Assembly: GCA_963733835.1 (NCBI GenBank)
Contig: CAVTER010000015.1
Span: forward strand, 561,988-625,987
Source: an uncultured Spirochaetota bacterium
Lineage (GTDB): Bacteria > Spirochaetota > Spirochaetia > SZUA-6 > Fen-1364
Direction of reading: 5' to 3'
DNA length: 64,000 bases
How positions within the stretch are numbered: position 1 is the first letter of the stretch; each line of letters begins with the position of its first letter. Below the pieces are notes generated by a model. That model was not told the origin of the DNA. It worked only from the letters and a program-made list of their open reading frames with translations, and did no database searches. This document shows, piece after piece, positions 61,861-64,000 of the stretch. A program made the position numbers and the translations under genes.

Positions 61861-63654
61861 CGACCTACCCTCCTGTTGCCGCGCACCCGCACTGCATACG
61901 CCTCGAAGGTGTCGCCGAGCCGCAGTGCCCGACTGACGGCAAGAACCATCGCTCTGCCCGCCCGTCCCCGTGCGGCGAGCCGACCGAGCAGGCCGGGGAA
62001 CCGCTCGGGGTGATGCCCCGTGATCCGCACGCGCACGAGCCGGAAGCCGCGCCGCCCCAGAAGCGGCCCCAGCGCACCGGGCGAGAAGATCGTCGCGTGG
62101 TCGAAGGGGCTTCGCTCGAGGAACCGGCGCCGATCGGCGAGAGCAGTGATTCCCCTCCCGTTGGGCGTCGAGAAAGCGAGCACGCCCCCGGGAGGCAGCA
62201 GCCCCGCGGCCTTGTCCAGGGCAGCCCCCGCGTCCTGGAAGTGCTCGATGACGTACCACATCGTGACCGCCGCGATCCTCCGGGGCAGCGCCTGCCGCGG
62301 GAGGCTCTCGAAAGCCCCGCGCACCGCAGGCATCCCCAGCCTCTTGCGAACGTGCCTCACCGCGTGGGCCGAGACATCGACCCCGATACCCTCAAGCCCC
62401 GCTTCCCGCAGCGCCGCGAGGAAAGGGCCGTAGGCGCATCCCACGTCGACCACCGCGCCGCGGGGACCAGCCTGCAGGAGCCGCTGCACCTCGCGCACCC
62501 TCGGTGCGCACAGCAGGCGGATGGCGTCGAAATCCTCGAGGTAGGTCCGCCCGTACTGTGACCGGTATTCCGAGAAGAAGTACTCCCTGCCGTACCTGCC
62601 CCCCCGGTGAACGAAGTCCTGCAGGAAGAACACCCGGCAGGCAGAGCAGCGGCGGTACGTCCTGTCCGAGAACCGCGCGAGCACCCTGCCTCCCGGGGTC
62701 CCGCAGACCGGGCAGGTCTCCCGGGCACCCACAACCAGGGCCGACAGCAGCCCCGCGAGGCTCGTGTTTCGGCGGCCCGCGATCTCCGTGTTGAACCTCT
62801 CGACACAGGCGTGCAGCACATCCGGGTCGCGCAGCAGCTGGCGCAGCTTCCCCGCGCGTGGCTTGCGCCGGCCACAGTCAGGGATGCCGGCTGTCCGTCC
62901 CAGCAGCCGGTGATAGCTGCTGGGATGCGCGAGTATGACCGGCGTGCCTGAAGCGAGTGCCTCGAAGGCCGTGACCCCGAAGTGGGTGAACACCAGGTCG
63001 TGCTTCCACAGCTCGCCGCGCAGCTCGCCGCCCGCTTGACGGACACGGACGCCCTTCGGCCATTCGCGCGCGGCAAAGAGCGCCCCCTGCACGACCGTCA
63101 CGCAGGAAGGGTCCCACAGCCCCGACGTGACCAGCGCATCGAGCAGGGCGCCTGTCAGGTTCTCCCGGTCCTCCCCGCCGAAGGTGACAAGGATGCGGCG
63201 CAGCTCTCCCGCGTGGCGGCGTCGGCGGGCAGGCAGCTCGAGCAGCGCGGGGGAGGCGGCGTTCGCGGGCGACCGACCGGGGGGGCCCGGCAGGGTGTCG
63301 ATGAGGAAAGACGCCGATTCACGAGCGCCTCCGCCCTCGTCCACGAACACGCAGGGGCCCAGCCGGGCAAGATGATCTGCCTCCTGCGGCGTGGTGGACC
63401 TCTTGTCCACCACGACCATGTCCCAGCGGCGGCTTCCCTCCCCCGCCCCGACGAGGCCGGGGCCTGCTCGTTCCCTTCCACCGGCTGATCTCGCCGGCCA
63501 GGTACTCACGGGCCGGTTCGTCCATGGCCGTGGTCAGGAACCAGGAGTGGCCGTCCAGGCCCCGCGCGAGACGCAGGCACCTCTTCAGGTGGCCCACGCC
63601 ATCGCCCGCCCCGGCCGCTGGCACGAGCAGGTACCTCCGCGCACCCGTGCTCAT
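61857..63654 (-). CDS. PseG/SpsG-like UDP-sugar hydrolase/glycosyltransferase fused to SAM-dependent methyltransferase with Zn-ribbon; frameshift ~63440
   Basis: N-terminus MSTGARRYLLVPAAGAGDGVGHLKRCLRLARGL (PseG motif) in ORF 63319-63654, continuing in ORF 61857-63509. CxxC…CxxC ribbon plus class-I methyltransferase motifs (VVDVGCAYGPF). Confidence 0.6.
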
Positions 63655-64000
63655 GCCTCCCTCCCCCGGTTTCCCGGGCCGGAGAGCCAGCGGACGACAG
63701 CCTCGACCTCGATGGGCGATCCGGTGTACAGGTCCTCGAAGAGCCTCTTCATCCGCTGGTAATCCTGCGGGGTGTCCACCGTGACCCTGCCGTCCGGCAT
63801 GAAAGCCCAGGCCGGGGGCCGCTCCTCCACGATGCGGAACAGGTCCCTGTGCCGGTAGTGGTACGTCGTGATGTGCTCGCGCTCGGCCTTGTCTACGGCG
63901 TCACGCTCGGCACGGAAGAGCGCCCCGGTCTCCACGGCCTCGACGCCCATCCCCCAGGGCAGGTCCAGGTAGTGGCTGAGGTCGGCGCGGGCCTCGTCGT
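63651..64000 (-). CDS. Acylneuraminate/pseudaminate cytidylyltransferase-family protein (SpsF/PseF-like), C-terminal part; continues beyond the window
   Basis: …VDTPQDYQRMKRLFE… C-terminal block typical of CMP-nonulosonic-acid synthetases. The coding frame runs to the window end. Confidence 0.5.
   Translation of the reverse strand, partial: DEARADLSHYLDLPWGMGVEAVETGALFRAERDAVDKAEREHITTYHYRHRDLFRIVEERPPAWAFMPDGRVTVDTPQDYQRMKRLFEDLYTGSPIEVEAVVRWLSGPGNRGREA

Overview
This 64 kb window is a high-GC (about 65-70% by eye) bacterial chromosomal segment. It is almost entirely coding and mostly on the minus strand. A FlaA-like periplasmic-flagellum sheath protein, a complete V-type ATPase operon, an LptD-like outer-membrane protein and a small beta-barrel outer-membrane protein suggest a diderm spirochete-like organism. 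This assignment is a moderate-confidence inference.

Recognisable content, in window order:
- a SurA-like peptidyl-prolyl isomerase and a J-domain protein
- a nine-gene V-type ATPase operon (G/H-like, C, I, K, F, E, A, B, D) with uspA downstream
- ptsN-like EIIA, secG, tpiA and pgk
- the phoH - 7TM-HD - ybeY cluster
- lptD, uvrA, mutS2, rsgA and murI
- an ECF transporter (fused A-A' ATPase, T, S) followed by yggS
- a DUF438 protein plus a flavodiiron protein
- a tRNA-Val
- a CheA-like pseudokinase and a REC-PilZ regulator
- flaA, followed by a nonulosonic-acid (pse/sps)-like sugar cluster that is cut off at the window end

The most interesting region is 42.6-52.4 kb. It contains a gene set that strongly resembles the flavin-based extracellular electron transfer (FLEET/EET) locus of Listeria and other Firmicutes. 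The genes are a NusG-domain-II protein, a Gx (Hpt_synt_1 / EcfS-like, EetB-type) transporter, an EcfT-like membrane protein (FmnA-type), a MenA-paralog prenyltransferase (DmkA-type), ApbE (FmnB-type), a type-II NADH dehydrogenase with a long C-terminal membrane extension (Ndh2-type) and a polyprenyl synthetase (DmkB-type). Here the set is extended by a NitT/TauT-family ABC transporter and a small outer-membrane beta-barrel. This would be an apparently diderm-adapted, spirochete-encoded variant that, as far as I know, has not been described.

A major caveat concerns assembly quality. At least twelve conserved genes are interrupted by single-base frameshifts, many at G/C homopolymer runs. The affected genes are uvrA, mutS2, phoH, lptD, rluD, the polyprenyl synthetase, the ECF ATPase, the PseG-methyltransferase, the TPR protein, the J-domain protein and a lipoprotein. 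This pattern points to assembly indel errors rather than gene decay, and several coordinates are therefore approximate.

No CRISPR array, transposase, integrase or prophage gene was found.
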